This document shows, in pieces, positions 1 through 13,599 of a DNA stretch of 64,000 nucleotides (positions are counted from its first letter, which is position 1; each line of letters starts with the position of its first letter). A program made the translations under genes and the position numbers. The notes beneath the pieces were generated by a model. It did no database searches. It saw only the letters and a list, made by a program, of their open reading frames with translations, and was not told where the DNA came from. This stretch comes from Botryllus schlosseri (taxonomy: Eukaryota). Location: positions 29,824,001 to 29,888,000 of the forward strand of contig CM119372.1 of assembly GCA_051294905.1 (NCBI GenBank), given 5' to 3'.

Positions 1-87
1 CGGTAGACGAAAACTCGCATGAGCATTCCCCTGAAACTAGATGTACTCCGTTATCTGTTATAAATCACCGCCGCTTTTTCTTACTAG

Positions 88-250
88 GAACGGCGAGCTG
101 GTGCGTAGGATCAAACTGTCCGAAGACACATCGGGACTGACTTCGCGGGTCACCAAACTGGTGCCTGTCGCAAATTTAGCAGTCGCTTGCGACACGGGCA
201 AGGCACTGCAAATCGTCAGTTTCCCTTCGGTGTTGGAGAAAGTCGATTGA
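88..250 (+). CDS. SCAP: Terminal coding exon of SREBP cleavage-activating protein (rest of gene is upstream of the window)
   Basis: Polypyrimidine tract plus AG acceptor at 86-87. Translation NGELVRRIKL...AVACDTGKALQIVSFPSVLEKVD* resembles the vertebrate SCAP C-terminus (...ELSLVYVPSVLEKLD), recalled from memory. Confidence 0.75.
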
Positions 251-1175
251 GTAAATGGAATTCCTTGTTAAGCTTTTTGGTATTTACGTACGGGTCCCCG
301 TTGTTATTTATTCGAAATTTCCTACTTTATTTTTGCTGCTTGTTATATGCAACTTTGTGTATTAAAATGAATTTCGTAATTGTCTGTGTTTTGACGGCAC
401 CGGTTTGAGGCCGCCAGGGTTTGCGAGGAAAGTCTTACAACGATGCCAATAAGGATTCCTGGCATATGGCCATATAGTTTCGTTTCTGACATAATTGACA
501 AAACTTCTCAGGTTGAATTCACGTCCGTGCAGTATACACGCGCACGCACATCCTGGTCTGCTGATCAGGCTTCGCTGATACCGTGCGTGGAAGTTGTTAG
601 GATTCAGCAGTCAATTTGTGAATGAAACAATTGCCCATGCTATGAGACTACAATATTCCTGCTCTGTGATGTGGCTGTAAACGAGTAGACCCAAAGCTCT
701 TCATGCCGCGATATCAGCCATTCTTGCTGAAGTCGAATATAAAAATCGTCCACCATCGATATTGCTGATCAGTACTGTCCAACCTTCACGTTCGATACCT
801 AAAGTTTTGAATGTAGTTTTGACCTGCCTATGGTGCATTTCCTCATGATTACCGGCCACGCTCTTCGTTGGCGGCGACTTCGAAGCGAAGCTAGCAAGTA
901 CTAACTTACTACCGAAAAATCTGCTAAAAAATCAGTTGTTCCGAATGAAGATTCGAAGTAGACGAACTTATGCTATACGCGTAAGTCACATCCTATGCCT
1001 GGGCTCGCATATTTACTTGGCGACTGAGTACGGAATTATATCATCACTCCGATTCAGAAGATTGTGCCAAAGAAAGAGAGTAACGAAGCTTGTTCCAGCA
1101 CCCAGCATTATTTGAAAATTCAGGGACTCTTTTATATACCCAATCCGAGTTATCGAATATTCTTTTCTCTCTTCA

Positions 1176-1305
1176 GGGGAGATAGCGTGTAGTGGTGACT
1201 TTAATCGCGCCCGCCGCCCGGGCAGCCGGGCTACGATTCCGCGACGAAGGTCATTATGGGCCCCCCTTCCCCTGCGTCACTGTTCTTGCAGCTATAAAAA
1301 AAAAA
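1176..1305 (+). mobile_element. Short degenerate tRNA-derived SINE-like element
   Basis: A-box-like TAGCGTGTAGTGG, B-box-like GGCTACGATTCC, ends in an A-run. Confidence 0.4.
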
Positions 1306-1696
1306 GCAGAACAGACCCGATGAAAGAGCTTGCTTACAAGAAATGGAAAGAGCAACAAAGAACCGCGGAATGGAGACAAACACCGAAGAAAGAAGTGCGA
1401 CATCGATCAGGCCGAGGTGGATGGCAGTTTAAGAGACCGCAATTGCAACTAGTCGTTCGGCATCCTCCTACCTGTTTATTACATCGTATTGTACATTGTG
1501 TGTGTCTTGTTCAGATAAAGATATTTTCTGACGATTATGTTCTTATCTGGATATTCTATGTCGAATTCATCCGCACTAGCGCGGCGTGTATATAGCTTGT
1601 GCAGTAGCATGTACCGACGCCACTAACTTTCGCGACAAAGAGAGTTTAATTGAGGTTGACAGAAATAAAAGGAAATCCCAGAAAAAATTATTTGAT

Positions 1697-2659
1697 TTAA
1701 TCGGTGTCCTGGTCGTCCTGTAAATCATCATCTTCTTCCGTACAATCCATATCCTCGTCGAAGAAATCTTCCATTTCGATGGTAGCTTCTTCGCGAGTCG
1801 GAATTTTCGTTCTCACGCAATATTCCTCGACTGTTGAAGGTACGGTAACGCCGTCTCTCAAAGCTTCTTTTTGACTGTCGTGAACCTGAAATCACAGATA
1901 TTATAGGTCGTAATTTACAGTAGGCTATGTCGTCAAGACGCGTTTGGCAATCAGACTTCAGACGCACAACTTAATCACTTGCGACAACTTGCGGGAATAA
2001 CTTTCGCATTGCTAGGCAACCGGCAATAATAATCATGGCAGTGCAGAGTTCAGAGTGACCCGTATTCTGCATCTCCATCGACATCAGAAAGAGAAATGCG
2101 TACCTGCTGTTTAACAATCTCTTCGTATTTCGCATTTTTTCGGTCAACCCAATCTCTAAACATCACTGATGCATCAACGTTGGCGGGCGAGAATGTATTT
2201 GGCTCATTTAGCAATGAGATCACGCTCAAAAGTACCGTGCGGACGTTTTGTGTTGGATTCCATCGCTCTTGCGGTAATTCCCCGCCTTGTGGATCGTCGA
2301 TTGGCGGATGAAGAATCGATATACATACCTGAAACAAGATTGATAGCTGCATTCGTTTATAAGCGAATTGTCATGGCCACTTTACTCACCTCGCCATTAG
2401 AATAAACATTTGGATGCCAAATATTTGATAGAAACCGGAACGTGGGCGGTGAATACGGGTAATCGCCGGGGAATCTCAAATGCGCTTTGAAATACCCGCC
2501 TTGATAGAGAGTGCCCGGAGGACCGAAGATGGCTACCTGCCAGTCGTACAGGTTGTTTTCGTCGACCAGCGTGATTTTGAAACCTTCGACCGGTTCCTCC
2601 TGGATGTTTTTGAGTTCCTTGGCCAGAGCCTTAGCAGAACTAGCCATCGGAAGAGCCAT
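1697..2659 (-). CDS. UBE2R2: Ubiquitin-conjugating enzyme E2 R (Cdc34 family), 227 aa, 3 exons
   Basis: Exons 2659-2390, 2328-2104, 1885-1697, all GT-AG phase 0. Catalytic HPNVYSNGEVCISILH, Cdc34 acidic loop PPIDDPQGGELPQERW, RDGVTVPSTVEEYC motif, acidic C-terminal tail. Confidence 0.96.
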
Positions 2660-3362
2660 GACCAATAGAGAACCGATGACCACGAACCGAGAGGCGCGCG
2701 GCTGATATCGATTGCTCAAAACTCGCGCTGTTACTGATTCTTCGGCACTCTGTTAAGCTCCTGTGACGTCACAATCTGGGGTGTTTCATTTTGCGTTAGT
2801 AGTTTCGAAGAAGCGTATATCTTGGACTCGCGGCAATTTCGGCCCTCATCACAAGGGACAATTGTATATGATAGTTTTGAAATCGAGTTATTACGCGCGT
2901 TTCGCATTGCAATCGAAATCACCAGATTTGGTAATAAGCGCCATTCATATTTTAGTGTATTGCTATTTTGTGTACTTTCGTAGGATACTCAAATCCATAC
3001 TAAATAGCATCTACAGATCTAGGTACCTGGTGCCGCATCAAGGTCGAAGCTCGTGTTGCAGTGTCATTGTGTTATGGTCATGTAACGATACGTTGATATT
3101 GGTCGACTTCTATTTGTATTGAGGACTACTGCCTACATATCAAAGCCTTGTATTTATGCTAAAGCAACAGCACCTTCATAATATGTTGGCAAATTATTTC
3201 ATCAGTATCGCTTGGAGACAGAGTCTTACACCACGAAACGCTATGTCGACGCGTGGACTGGACAATAATGTTTATTACGTAAGATGCAGTCCCAACACAT
3301 CGATTTTTCGTTATGTAAAGCAGTTATATAATATCAACATAGTAATCAATAACAGTAATTAT

Positions 3363-4616
3363 CAGAGGTGGTCAAAGTAGTCAAGAAAGCTACTCAAGTA
3401 GAAGTAGAAGTAGCGACGAAAAAATCTACTCAAGTACAAGTAGAAGTACTTCTTTCATGAGCAACCTAACAACTACTTGAAGTAGAAGTAGAATTGACTG
3501 ACTTTAAAAGTAATCAAGTAAGTAAGTAGTTGTGAAAACGATCCTGATTGGATGGATTATAAAAAGGTGCAAATTGAGCTATGTGATAGGTGACGAGCTT
3601 GATTCATATTGATGCATACCAGCAGGTATCCAATTTTCAATAGCATTCGTCCACATCATTGGGTGAAAATGATAGTATTGATAAGGAAATGCGATACTGA
3701 TCCTCTGTTTTCTCGAACAACGCGTTTTGGAAAATAGTATGGTATGGCGCCATCCCCCTACAAGGCCTGTAGTTTAGTCGAAGAGCAATATGGAGAAGTT
3801 GTATAGGATACGGTGTAAACACTTTGCGCGATTAGTAAACGTTAATAAAAAATATGGTGGACCGTAAAAATGCCATATTGTGTAGCTTTATTTCCAGAAC
3901 TTAAAGGCATTACTGCAATTGCTTTTATACTTCAACATGTATGTTATTCGGACAAAAGAACTGATATTAATTATAACTCAAAGTATATGATACTGAGAAT
4001 TGAAAGTGAAAGATAAATACTACTTCTAAAAGCAGAATATGTATTTCATGTTTTTAGTCCAGAAAGTTTCGAAGTTGGTATACTAAAACACTCTTCCAGA
4101 TTAGGACACAATATGGACATATATATGCTATATTACGATATGACAAGAACATGCTAGATTGCGAAACATCAGTTTCAAACGTTATGATGAGCCATATATA
4201 CATACTGTGATGAATTAGTTCATGGGTGAAGGCCGACAATGTGGTGTGAACGGAACCACGCCAACCCGCCACCTAAATTATATTCACCGATACTTTCGTG
4301 AAATCATACTGGTAACTCCGTATCCACTGCGCGCGAAGCGCGACGAAAATTCTGTGCTTTTCTAAACTTTTATGAAAATTAAATGTTAATACTCCGTGAA
4401 AACAGCTCCAAAATTCCTCAGGCTATCTTCCTAATTGGAAGATTGAACTACTTCTACTTGACAAACTGAAAATAGCGAAAAGTAAGTAAGTAGATCACAA
4501 AATATTAGGGAGTAGAAGTAGCGAAAATCAGATCTACTTGAGTAAGTACCAGAAGTAGAGGAAAACTACTTGAGTACTTCGAAAAAGTAGATGTACTTCG
4601 TTACTGACCACCTCTG
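3363..4616. mobile_element. Non-autonomous hAT-type MITE (AAGTAG subterminal repeats)
   Basis: TIR CAGAGGTGGTCA...TGACCACCTCTG, 8-bp TSD GTAATTAT. A related left end starts at 59771. Confidence 0.85.
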
Positions 4617-4839
4617 GTAATTATTAGCCAATTGATCAACGACAACACGATCCAGTATTCAGCTCCTGTGGTCGAACACAGAAAACTAAATAATGACCTA
4701 TAATCCTCTTGCGGCGGTAAATAGTGTTGAAGAGTCCCAGTTCAGATTAGAACCAACACTGTGCCAGGAAATTGTAGGCCTACTGCAAACCACAACTACC
4801 GCGCTAAGCAAGCAAAAGTTTGTCAAGATGACGATAGGG

Positions 4840-5620
4840 CAGGGGTGGGCAAACTTTTTGGCTCGCGGGCCACATTAATTATCTGAACACATTGGCGGGC
4901 CGCGCTATACTAAACAGAGAGTATTAGCCAAACACGCAATGATTTTATTTAATTATATAGTGACCGTGTTAATATGGAGGTAATACAAATGTACATTTAA
5001 AACAAACTAAATATAGGCTACGTGTCAAAATATATTGACAAGATCTTGTAAGACGGTCGTCCTCAATAACCAATTTGTCAGAATTAGCGATCAAAGTCGC
5101 CTGTGTCGATTCATGCAAAAGGGTGGAAATTTGAGATTCTGGGAAACGAACTGTTAATAGATGTGCCGATTCTACTTTTGCTTTGCGCATCCAGGATACA
5201 CAATGCTGACAGCATCATAGCCGTGTTTCCTTTAACTACGCTTCTACCATATATTGAAAATATAAATATAAAATACTTCTGAACTCATCGAGGATGGATC
5301 ATAGCTAACACTCGCATGAATAGTTTTTTTTTTTCAAGCTCAGCACTAAAAGTGATAAGCGCTGGTAAAACGAATATTGCTATCTCTGTTTTGACTTTCT
5401 GTGATGTTTAGCAAGTGATGAAACCTTTAAAGATGCGTGGGCATTGAGGTCAGACTATTGCAGTAGCAACAAAACTAAGAAATAAACATCATAGTAAGAC
5501 TATAACTTATCAATGTCATGATGAAATCTATTAAGAAAGAGTTTGGTCAAGTTGCCGCAATAATTAATTTTTTAGTAGGCCTACGCAACACTTTTGAGGG
5601 TTTCGGGGGCCGCATAAAAC
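4840..5620. mobile_element. Truncated hAT (Buster-like) MITE
   Basis: Left end CAGGGGTGGGCAAACT...GCGGGCC. Internal similarity to 26063-27178. Right end not found. Confidence 0.6.
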
Positions 5621-6460
5621 CAAAATTAGGCAATGGAATACTTTTTTGTTCAAAAATACAGGACGATAGGAAGGCTGATGCATTGACGAGTCAATCCTCA
5701 TCTGTGATTGGGCGATTTATTATAAGCATGTCAGAATTTATATGAGGCTATCTGCTATTAATCGAGTGCTGTCGTCGCAGTGATTCCGACAATTCAAATA
5801 CAAGTAATTTCAGAGCACCAGACCCGCTCAAAATGACCAAGTACTGTGAAATTCGGCGTTATGTGAAATAATGCGCCATCGGCTATCGAATTCGCGAACC
5901 GGCGGTGTGGTATGAGGCTGCGAAGGCAAAACATACATAACAACTAGCCTATGCGCCAGTAGGCCTACTACATGTTTAGTAAAGTTGTTATGTATGTAAC
6001 CATGCACAATCAATAACGACCGAACGGGTACCTGTATTTTCCATACCCACAATCAATTGTGAATATACCATAGCCGTTTCTTCTTCTTACGTTGCCTGCA
6101 TGTGACGAATTCTGATGAGATATGAAGATTACCAGTGAACTCGGCCCATGACGAATTCGGCCCATCGAACTCGGTCCATTACGAACTCGGCCATGACGAA
6201 CTCGGCCATGACGAACTCGGCATGTGGTGAACTCGGCCTATGGTGAATTTGTTAATAAAAATTATTATAAACGTTGGGAATTGTTTTTATTAATAATTAT
6301 TAATAGTGAATTGGTGGTGGTGGTGAACATGTCGTATGGATTTTATTCCCACTGGGGGGGGGGCGGTATCGTATGTCGGACGTATAAAATGTTATATTAG
6401 GCATGTGGAGCTGTGTAATGTTGATGAAGAGTGCAGAACCTCGAGGATGATGTTCTAAAC

Positions 6461-7051
6461 CAGTGGTTCCCCACCTTTTTCGACTCATCACCCCCTTTTG
6501 AAGCACCACACCGATCATCGCCCCCTAAATATTGGGAACCAATAAAGGTCAACTTTTCGGCTCCACCTCAAAATTACACTTTTACAGCTAAATTTTCTTC
6601 GGGGTGCCTATGGACAATTAAACATAAATGTATATATATCGAAGTTTTCGGTCAGCACAATGGCATTCCTTTTCGGCCAAGGTCTTCTCGCTGCTGATAG
6701 TTCTGGCATACTTCACAGAGTCGTATGTTACATGGCCTATAACTTCATATGTCGTGGAGCGTCGTGGCGCAGTATTAGTCGTCGCCGAATTCTCCATTTC
6801 CATAAATTATGCGTATTGTTGTTGGGGGAAGGGTACCCTAAAATTGGGGGTTTGGGGTGCGGCAGTTACGGTTCTGACTCCATATTGCCGTTTTAACGCG
6901 CCATCGCCCCCATCGCCCCCTCCGTTGTTTTTGCCCCCTATCGCCCCCTTCGTCCGTTCTCGCCCCCCTACCGCCCCCTTCGGTAATTTCGCCCCCCTAG
7001 ACCGCCAAATCACCCCCTGGCGGGCGATATCGCCCACGTTGGGAACCAATG
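6461..7051. mobile_element. hAT MITE (CAGTGGTTCCC family)
   Basis: TIR CAGTGGTTCCC...GGGAACCAATG, TSD TTCTAAAC. Confidence 0.85.
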
Positions 7052-7571
7052 TTCTAAACGGAAAAACTTCATTGCAGATGTGAAATCGGTGTATCCCAAG
7101 ATTAGGGTTGGGGGATATGATCCCAACCTTAACCCTAATCCTCATCCAACCCTAATATCCCTAAACATAAGCCCCTCAAACCCTAATCTTGGTATACACC
7201 GAATTCACCACGTGCGATGACGTTTTTCCGTCTAGATCAGTGGTTCCCAACGTGGGCGATATAGCCCCCAGGGGGTGATTTGGCGGCCTAGGGGGGCGAA
7301 AATGACGAAGGGGGCGATAGGAGTGGCCAAAATGGACAAAGGGGACGACAGGGGGTGAAAACAGCGAAGGGGGCGATGACGCGTTTAAACGGATATATTC
7401 GGGTCAAGTCGGAGAAATGACCTTTTTTTAGCCAACCCACGGAAATTTAGTTGCAAAAGTGTAAAATTCGACATCGAGCCGAAAAGTTGATTTTTTTTTA
7501 GTCAACCCGCCGATAATATCCCTCTTCCCCAATCCTTATATCTCTAACCCCCAACCCTATCAACCCTATAG

Positions 7572-9632
7572 CAGGGCTGTGGAGTCGATAAATTTTATCA
7601 CCGACTGCGGCTCCGACTCCGACTCCACACATTTTGAATATACCGACTCCGACTCCGACTCCGACTCCTGAGTCTATAAACGTACCGACTCCGACTCCGA
7701 CTCCTGGGTCTTTAAACGTACCGACTCCGACTCCGACTCCCGACTCCGACTCCAGCATTATTACCAATTTACTTCGAAATTATATGACACATTGTCGGTT
7801 GAATGACTATCATACAACCATTAAACATATGCAAACATATGATTAACGGTGGCATGCTAAATTGTTTCATTGTGGCACAACTCGAATTATCCACTTTGCA
7901 ATTAACATGAAAGAAAGATTTGCTAAATATCCTTCCTTTTTCAAGTTTTTATAACATGGAGTCTCTAATATCCTGAAATGTATGAATCATTCAAATATGG
8001 CAGATATCCAATCCTGTACGATAAAAATGTAGAGGGTTGTAGATAAAAATCCAAATGTAGCTCTTGTGTATTAGTCAGCAACTAATAAAGAGATTGAACT
8101 TACTAATTTTGTCATTGCACATTATACTGATTACAAGCACACACACTCTTACTACTAATGGTATTGGTCATAAATGGAATTTAGTTAAGTAGTCAAAGAC
8201 CATAATAGCCTATGTCTAGTCTACATGTACTTAATCAAGGATTGGGATTTGCAGTATTTCTTAATCATTTGTTCGACCCAAACAGCTAAGCTACACTACA
8301 AATATTTTTAATTTTGTCAAGTGGGAAGCATCGTTTGGTCATATTTAGATCATTTTTGCAATTTTACAAAACCAGCCGATGCATTTGCTCTGTCACGGTA
8401 TCATGGTATAATTCCAAAAATTGCATCAATTTTAACTGCATCGCGAAAACGCATATTGCGATTTTCTTCCCCTGTGCAACTGAGTGGTAATTTGCAATTA
8501 ATGTCAAATTTTATCTATATCAGGGGTCGGCCAGAGGGACACATGAGATTTACGAACTATTGCGCGGGCAACTGGAATGTTGATAACCTTTTTTTAGTCG
8601 TCCGATAGGAGAGAACCGAATTTGGTAACATTGCAAACAAGACTTACGCTCTAAAATTGATAACAATTCGTCATGAAACTGTGCAGTGCGCAACCAGGCC
8701 GTGGTCGCGCCAAGCGCGAAATTTTTTTGCAAGATAATAACTGAATTATATCAATAAATATGTTGCTAACATACATTGGGGGTCGCATCTGTATACCACT
8801 GGGCTCATTTCGAAAGGACAGGATTACTCGACGTTTAGACATAGCAAAATTGACGGTATCAGTGATTATGTCTCTATCATTTTGTGCAAATATTTTGTCG
8901 ACGATCTCGTTGCGAGTGCACAAGCGAAGTAGCATGTTGGACGACACGTTATCTCCTAATTGCGAATATAGTTAGACTCAATTCTGTGAATAATATGTAT
9001 TTACAATTTTCAGAAGGGGGTCAAATACTAATGTAAGAAATCTAGTGACAATGAATAATGCGAAATAGGCCTACCGAGAAAAATTTCAAGTCAAATAAAT
9101 TTGCTATGAAAGATTCTACTTTTTGGTCATATACGAAGATCTGGGATAAATGTGGCTGGCCCCTGGATACGTCAATGCGTCAGAACTGTTGTTTTAGTCA
9201 TCATCAAATTTCGCGGTCATGCTAATCAAATTTTGGTTGGCCTTGCAATTGTACCTGATGTCATAAATAATTTCGAGAATTACCTCGCAGGCCACACCTA
9301 ACCTTCTCGTGTGCCAAATCTGACCTGCGTTAAACGGGCTGGCCGCACCTGATCTGTATGGTTATTAATAACAGTGATTGGTGGTACATAAAAATTCTAT
9401 TGAAAATTCTTTGAAAGCAAATGTTTTCATGATAGAGAAGTTGGAGTCGGAGTCGGAGTCGAAGTCAGGGTTATTCTCACAAACTCCGACTCCAACTCCA
9501 GTCAGTATTTTTCCCACGACTCCGACTCCGACTCCAGCTAATATAGTTTTTACGACTCCGACTCCGACTCCGACTCCATCAAGCGAAAATTACCCAGACT
9601 CCGACTCCACCGACTCCGACTCCACAGCCCTG
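7572..9632. mobile_element. hAT-type MITE with (GACTCC)n subterminal arrays
   Basis: TIR CAGGGCTGTGGAGTCG...CGACTCCACAGCCCTG, TSD CCCTATAG/CCCTATAA. Confidence 0.88.
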
Positions 9633-9639
9633 CCCTATA

Positions 9640-9905
9640 ATATCCCCTCCAATCCTAACCCTCCCCCAACCCGAATGTCCCACACCTCCAACCCTAATCT
9701 ATCCCCTAACCCTAACCCTCCAACTCCAACCCTAATCTTGGGATACCCTACCCGAACCCTAAGCCCCTCCAACCCCCTTCCAACACCTCCAACCCCTCCA
9801 ACCCCCAACCTTAATACCCCTCTTCCCCGACCCTAATATCCCTCCTGTAACCCTAATTCTCCTCCAACCCAAATATCCCTAAACATAAGCCCCTCAAACC
9901 CTAAT
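9640..9905 (+). repeat. Degenerate CCCTAA/CCTCCAA telomere-like array
   Basis: Repeated AACCCTAA and CCTCCAACCC units. Similar sequence at ~7125-7190. Confidence 0.6.
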
Positions 9906-10720
9906 CTTGGTATACACCGAATTCACCACGTGCGATGAGGTTTTTCCGTCTATATCAGTGGTTCCCAACGTGGGCGATTTTTCGGTCCAAAAAATCTGGT
10001 GGGGGGGCGATGATCGGTGTCGAGCTTGAAAAGGGGGCGGTGAGTCGAAAAAGGTTTGTAACCACTGGTCTAGATTCTGATCATTGACATTCTACACTCT
10101 TCATCAACATTACACACTTCTCACTTACACAGCTCCATGTGCCGAATATAACATTTCAAACGTCCGACATTCGGTACCGCCCCCAGTGGGAATAAAATTC
10201 ATACGACATGTTCACCACCCCCAATTCAACGTTGATATAAATTAAACATTCAATAATTACAATTTCAAACGTTCATAATATTTTTATTAACAAAGTCACC
10301 GTGGGCCGAGTGCACCGAAGGCCGAGCTCGCCATGGGCCGAGTTCGTCATGGTCCGAGTTCGCCATGGGCCGAGTTCACTGGTCACCGATATGAAAGGAC
10401 GTAATAGCTAATTGAACTCGGACTGCAACCTCAAAATTGTACCAAATGTCCCTAAATGTTACTTGGTATGTAGAGAAGTTACTCATTGGCATCATAAAGT
10501 TGATTTCCTTCTTCGGGAGCATTATTTTTTCAATTCAAAAAGTAGGTTGATTGAATTGGAAGTGAGAATAACTAAAATAATAATAAACTTGTAATTGTCT
10601 TGGTCGAATATTAGACCAGCAATGTCGGGCTGTAAGTTGCAATCGAAGTCGGTGTGTTTAAAGTTTCCGGGGGCGGTGGTTGAGTGAATTCCTGCTTTTA
10701 AGTAGCTATGACCGATTTAA

Positions 10721-11664
10721 CCCTTACGAGGTGGGGCCATATTTTGCAGAATTGATCTTCACTTTTCAAATTCTCACCGCGATTCCACCAGGACTTGAAT
10801 CTGGGCCGTTCCAGTTTAAAGGTGGGCGGAGTATAGCCCTCTACCGATTCCACCCTTGATCGACACCCCATGACATGCCTGAGATTTTTTAATAAGTTTA
10901 AATAAACAAGCTTTTCCCCCCACAAAATCTCTCTCTCTCTTAATTTTCAAGGCTGACCCTCAGGATGGCGTCAGAGAGAGGAATATGATGCTTCAGTGCG
11001 TAGCCACTGTTGCCTGGTTTCAAACAAGCCGTCAACCATGGTTGTAAACCGCGCGGTTCGTCAGATATCGAAAAATGGAAAATACATATAAAATTTACAA
11101 ATGGGCGTGGTCAGTGAGTGGTCATCAAGGTCAAGTTCATGATCAAGACTCAATCGGCCCCTACAGTCCGGTTTATGGCATAAAACAACGCGATATGCTT
11201 TCTTTTGTCATATCCAACTATTTGCAGGCATAGTAAACCTATTGATGACTCATATGCCGGCTGAATTTGCACTTGAACTTGACCTAGATCTTGAAAATCA
11301 CTGAAGCGTGACCAAAATTTACAAATACCCCTCAGAAAACTCTCCAGAAAACGTTTTGATGTTTGAAACGGTAAAAATTTACACAGAAAACCGTACATGT
11401 CGACTTCTGATGTTCTGGCAGATTTTCCGACAATATTTCCCACTCGGAAAATATGCGGAAGTTTTAGGTGATAACCACATTTTATTTTATTTTTAATTTT
11501 TTGTTCATTTTTACAAACCAAAATTTTTGAGTAAGGTACCAAATAAATCGGGAAAGTCTCAGCTTTTCAAAAAACGTAGTACCCGATGTCTAGGGCGTGT
11601 GAACATGGAGAAATCGGTGTCGGATACATGCCATATCATATATGATACGCCCACCTCGTAAGGG
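10721..11664. mobile_element. Non-autonomous piggyBac-type element
   Basis: TTAA TSD on both sides, TIR CCCTTACGAGGTGGG...CCCACCTCGTAAGGG. Confidence 0.88.
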
Positions 11665-11899
11665 TTAAAAACGATGTAAGAATTGCGTCCACTGAGCATC
11701 AATTCTGTCTTTACATTATTGCGTCACAGCAAATTCGCAACAATGAATGTAAATGGCGAGATTGGCTAACCAGGCTAATATAGGGCTAACGGCCAATTCA
11801 TCGGTATTGTATTGTCTATTTATTGAACCGTATTTGGCACTTATCGCCTATTTGGTCATTTGTGCCCAGAACATGGATGTTGTAAAGTTCGTTGGTCCT

Positions 11900-12194
11900 T
11901 TTCTACTTGTGTAGGCCTACACTTCGCGGACGACTTTCAGTCTCGCACGCATTCACCATCTTTCACTCTCTCTTCCGTGCGTCAACTTCAGTATCTGTTG
12001 CTGTCGATTATTCAAAGCTCGACATCACTTTATCCGTCTGGGCTTTTCGTACGACACCGCACAAGCTGCGAGGTCGGCGATGAAGAGCCCAGATAAACCT
12101 CCGACACATAGAAACATGTCAGAGCCGAGACTCGAACCAGCAACCATTGGTGTCGTGACTGCTGTGTTTAACCAACTGCGACACTCGCTTCCCC
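11900..12194 (-). mobile_element. tRNA-derived SINE
   Basis: Minus strand GGGGAAGCGAG-TGTCGCAGTTGG (A box)...GGTTCGAGTCT (B box), followed by a non-tRNA body. 3' end approximate. Confidence 0.6.
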
Positions 12195-12518
12195 ATCGGT
12201 ATAGTAAACAGGTTAAATCATAACCTTGTTGAAATCTAAATATTTCCAGATATTGACTATCACTTCTAAAATGTATTTGGTCCTGTATTTACCTGCTTTT
12301 CAATTTATTTGCTCTTCGTGGTCACCTGTTTACTTGTGGAAGTTATTTATTTGCCAAAAATATCGCCATTGTTCGACAACGCTATCTCAATTAGGCCCGT
12401 TGACTATCACTAATTTCCAGCAAATCAGCGCCGTGCATTTTTTCATCAAGCCCTGTCTTTTCGTCCTGCAGTAGGACTCGTGTCAACCACTATGACTCGT
12501 GCTGGACCCTCTACTAGC

Positions 12519-13293
12519 CAGTGTTGGGGTCAAGTCAATTCCTATGAGTCACGAGTCATCTGGAGTCATTGCACATTTTGATTCAAGTCAAGTCAATTGA
12601 TTTTCGAAAGTGACTCGAGTCGAGTCAAGTCACTCGTTTTTTGAAGGTGACTCGATTCAAGTCAAGTCAAGTCACGAGTCAAGTCACAATTCAATTCAAA
12701 TTGAATTTTCGTAGTTGGACTGATGGTTCAAAGTCACTACATTTTACTAGCTTTACTAGCACGAAGCCTCGAGAATCCGAAACAAATTGATATGGTACAA
12801 AACACTACCCATATACACATTTATGTGAGAATACACGTGCGTAAACTAGCCTATTCGCTCGAATTAAATCATACAAGATGGTTGGTGAAGGTGAGCACTG
12901 CGAAATGTAAGCACAGAGACGTCAAGAAACGGAAATATACGGCGCTATAAGATTAATATACTACCACTGCGACGACGCAAGCTGTAATCATTTCGTTTGT
13001 GGTCAATTTTTCTGTGATGTAACAAGGGAGGATCTGTGAAAACCACAGTCAGTGAATGACAGGTTGCCCTCACAAGTGTCAACAGCGTATTCCGAACAAT
13101 CCGAACATACACAAAATACGGTGATGTAATCAACACTATTTGCTTGATGAATTTAAATAGACTCGTAAATTTGCTCCGAATCACGATTCAATCCACATTT
13201 TTATAGTGCCGAGTCAAGTCAAGTCATTTCTGCAAAGTGACTCGAGTCAAGTAAAGTCAAATGAAAAAGTTGACTCAAGTCATCCCAACACTG
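12519..13293. mobile_element. hAT-type MITE (CAGTGTTGG, CAAGT/GACTCGAGTC family)
   Basis: TIR CAGTGTTGGG...CCCAACACTG, TSD CTACTAGC/TTACTAGC. Relatives at 27888-28882, 29547-33295 and ~39100-39743. Confidence 0.8.
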
Positions 13294-13599
13294 TTACTAG
13301 CTGGCTTGGACTCGGATTTGACTCGGTGGTGAATTGAAAATGACCGGACTTGACTCGATGCAAAACTATAAAAGTGAGATTGACTTAATGACTCTGAACC
13401 TTGTGACTTGGTTACAACTCTGGCTTTCGGAGATCATTATAGCTATATAAAAAATGACTAGGTGGTACGCCATCGATATGTTGCTGCAATATATCGCTCT
13501 ACAATTCCAGCTAACATGAAACTCAAATATTCAAGTCCACGTGAATTTATTCTGATTCTGATTCACGATTGACGGTCGGTATGGATAGTCGAAACTTGG

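Larger units (their letters stand above)
7238..10067. mobile_element. hAT MITE (CAGTGGTTCCC family), rearranged and interrupted
   Basis: TSD GTCTAGAT on both sides. About 9866-9980 duplicates about 7146-7260. Confidence 0.65.
6127..10387. mobile_element. TIR element with ~300-bp imperfect TIRs (GAACTCGGCC repeats) hosting nested MITEs
   Basis: Ends GATTACCAGTGAACTCGGCC and GGCCGAGTTCACTGGTCACC, 8-bp TSD GATATGAA (6119-6126, 10388-10395). Confidence 0.8.

Noticed and set aside
7498..9836. PTPTPT, GVGVGV and ESESES ORFs
   Set aside because: Translations of (GACTCC)n MITE arrays and CCCTAA tracts.
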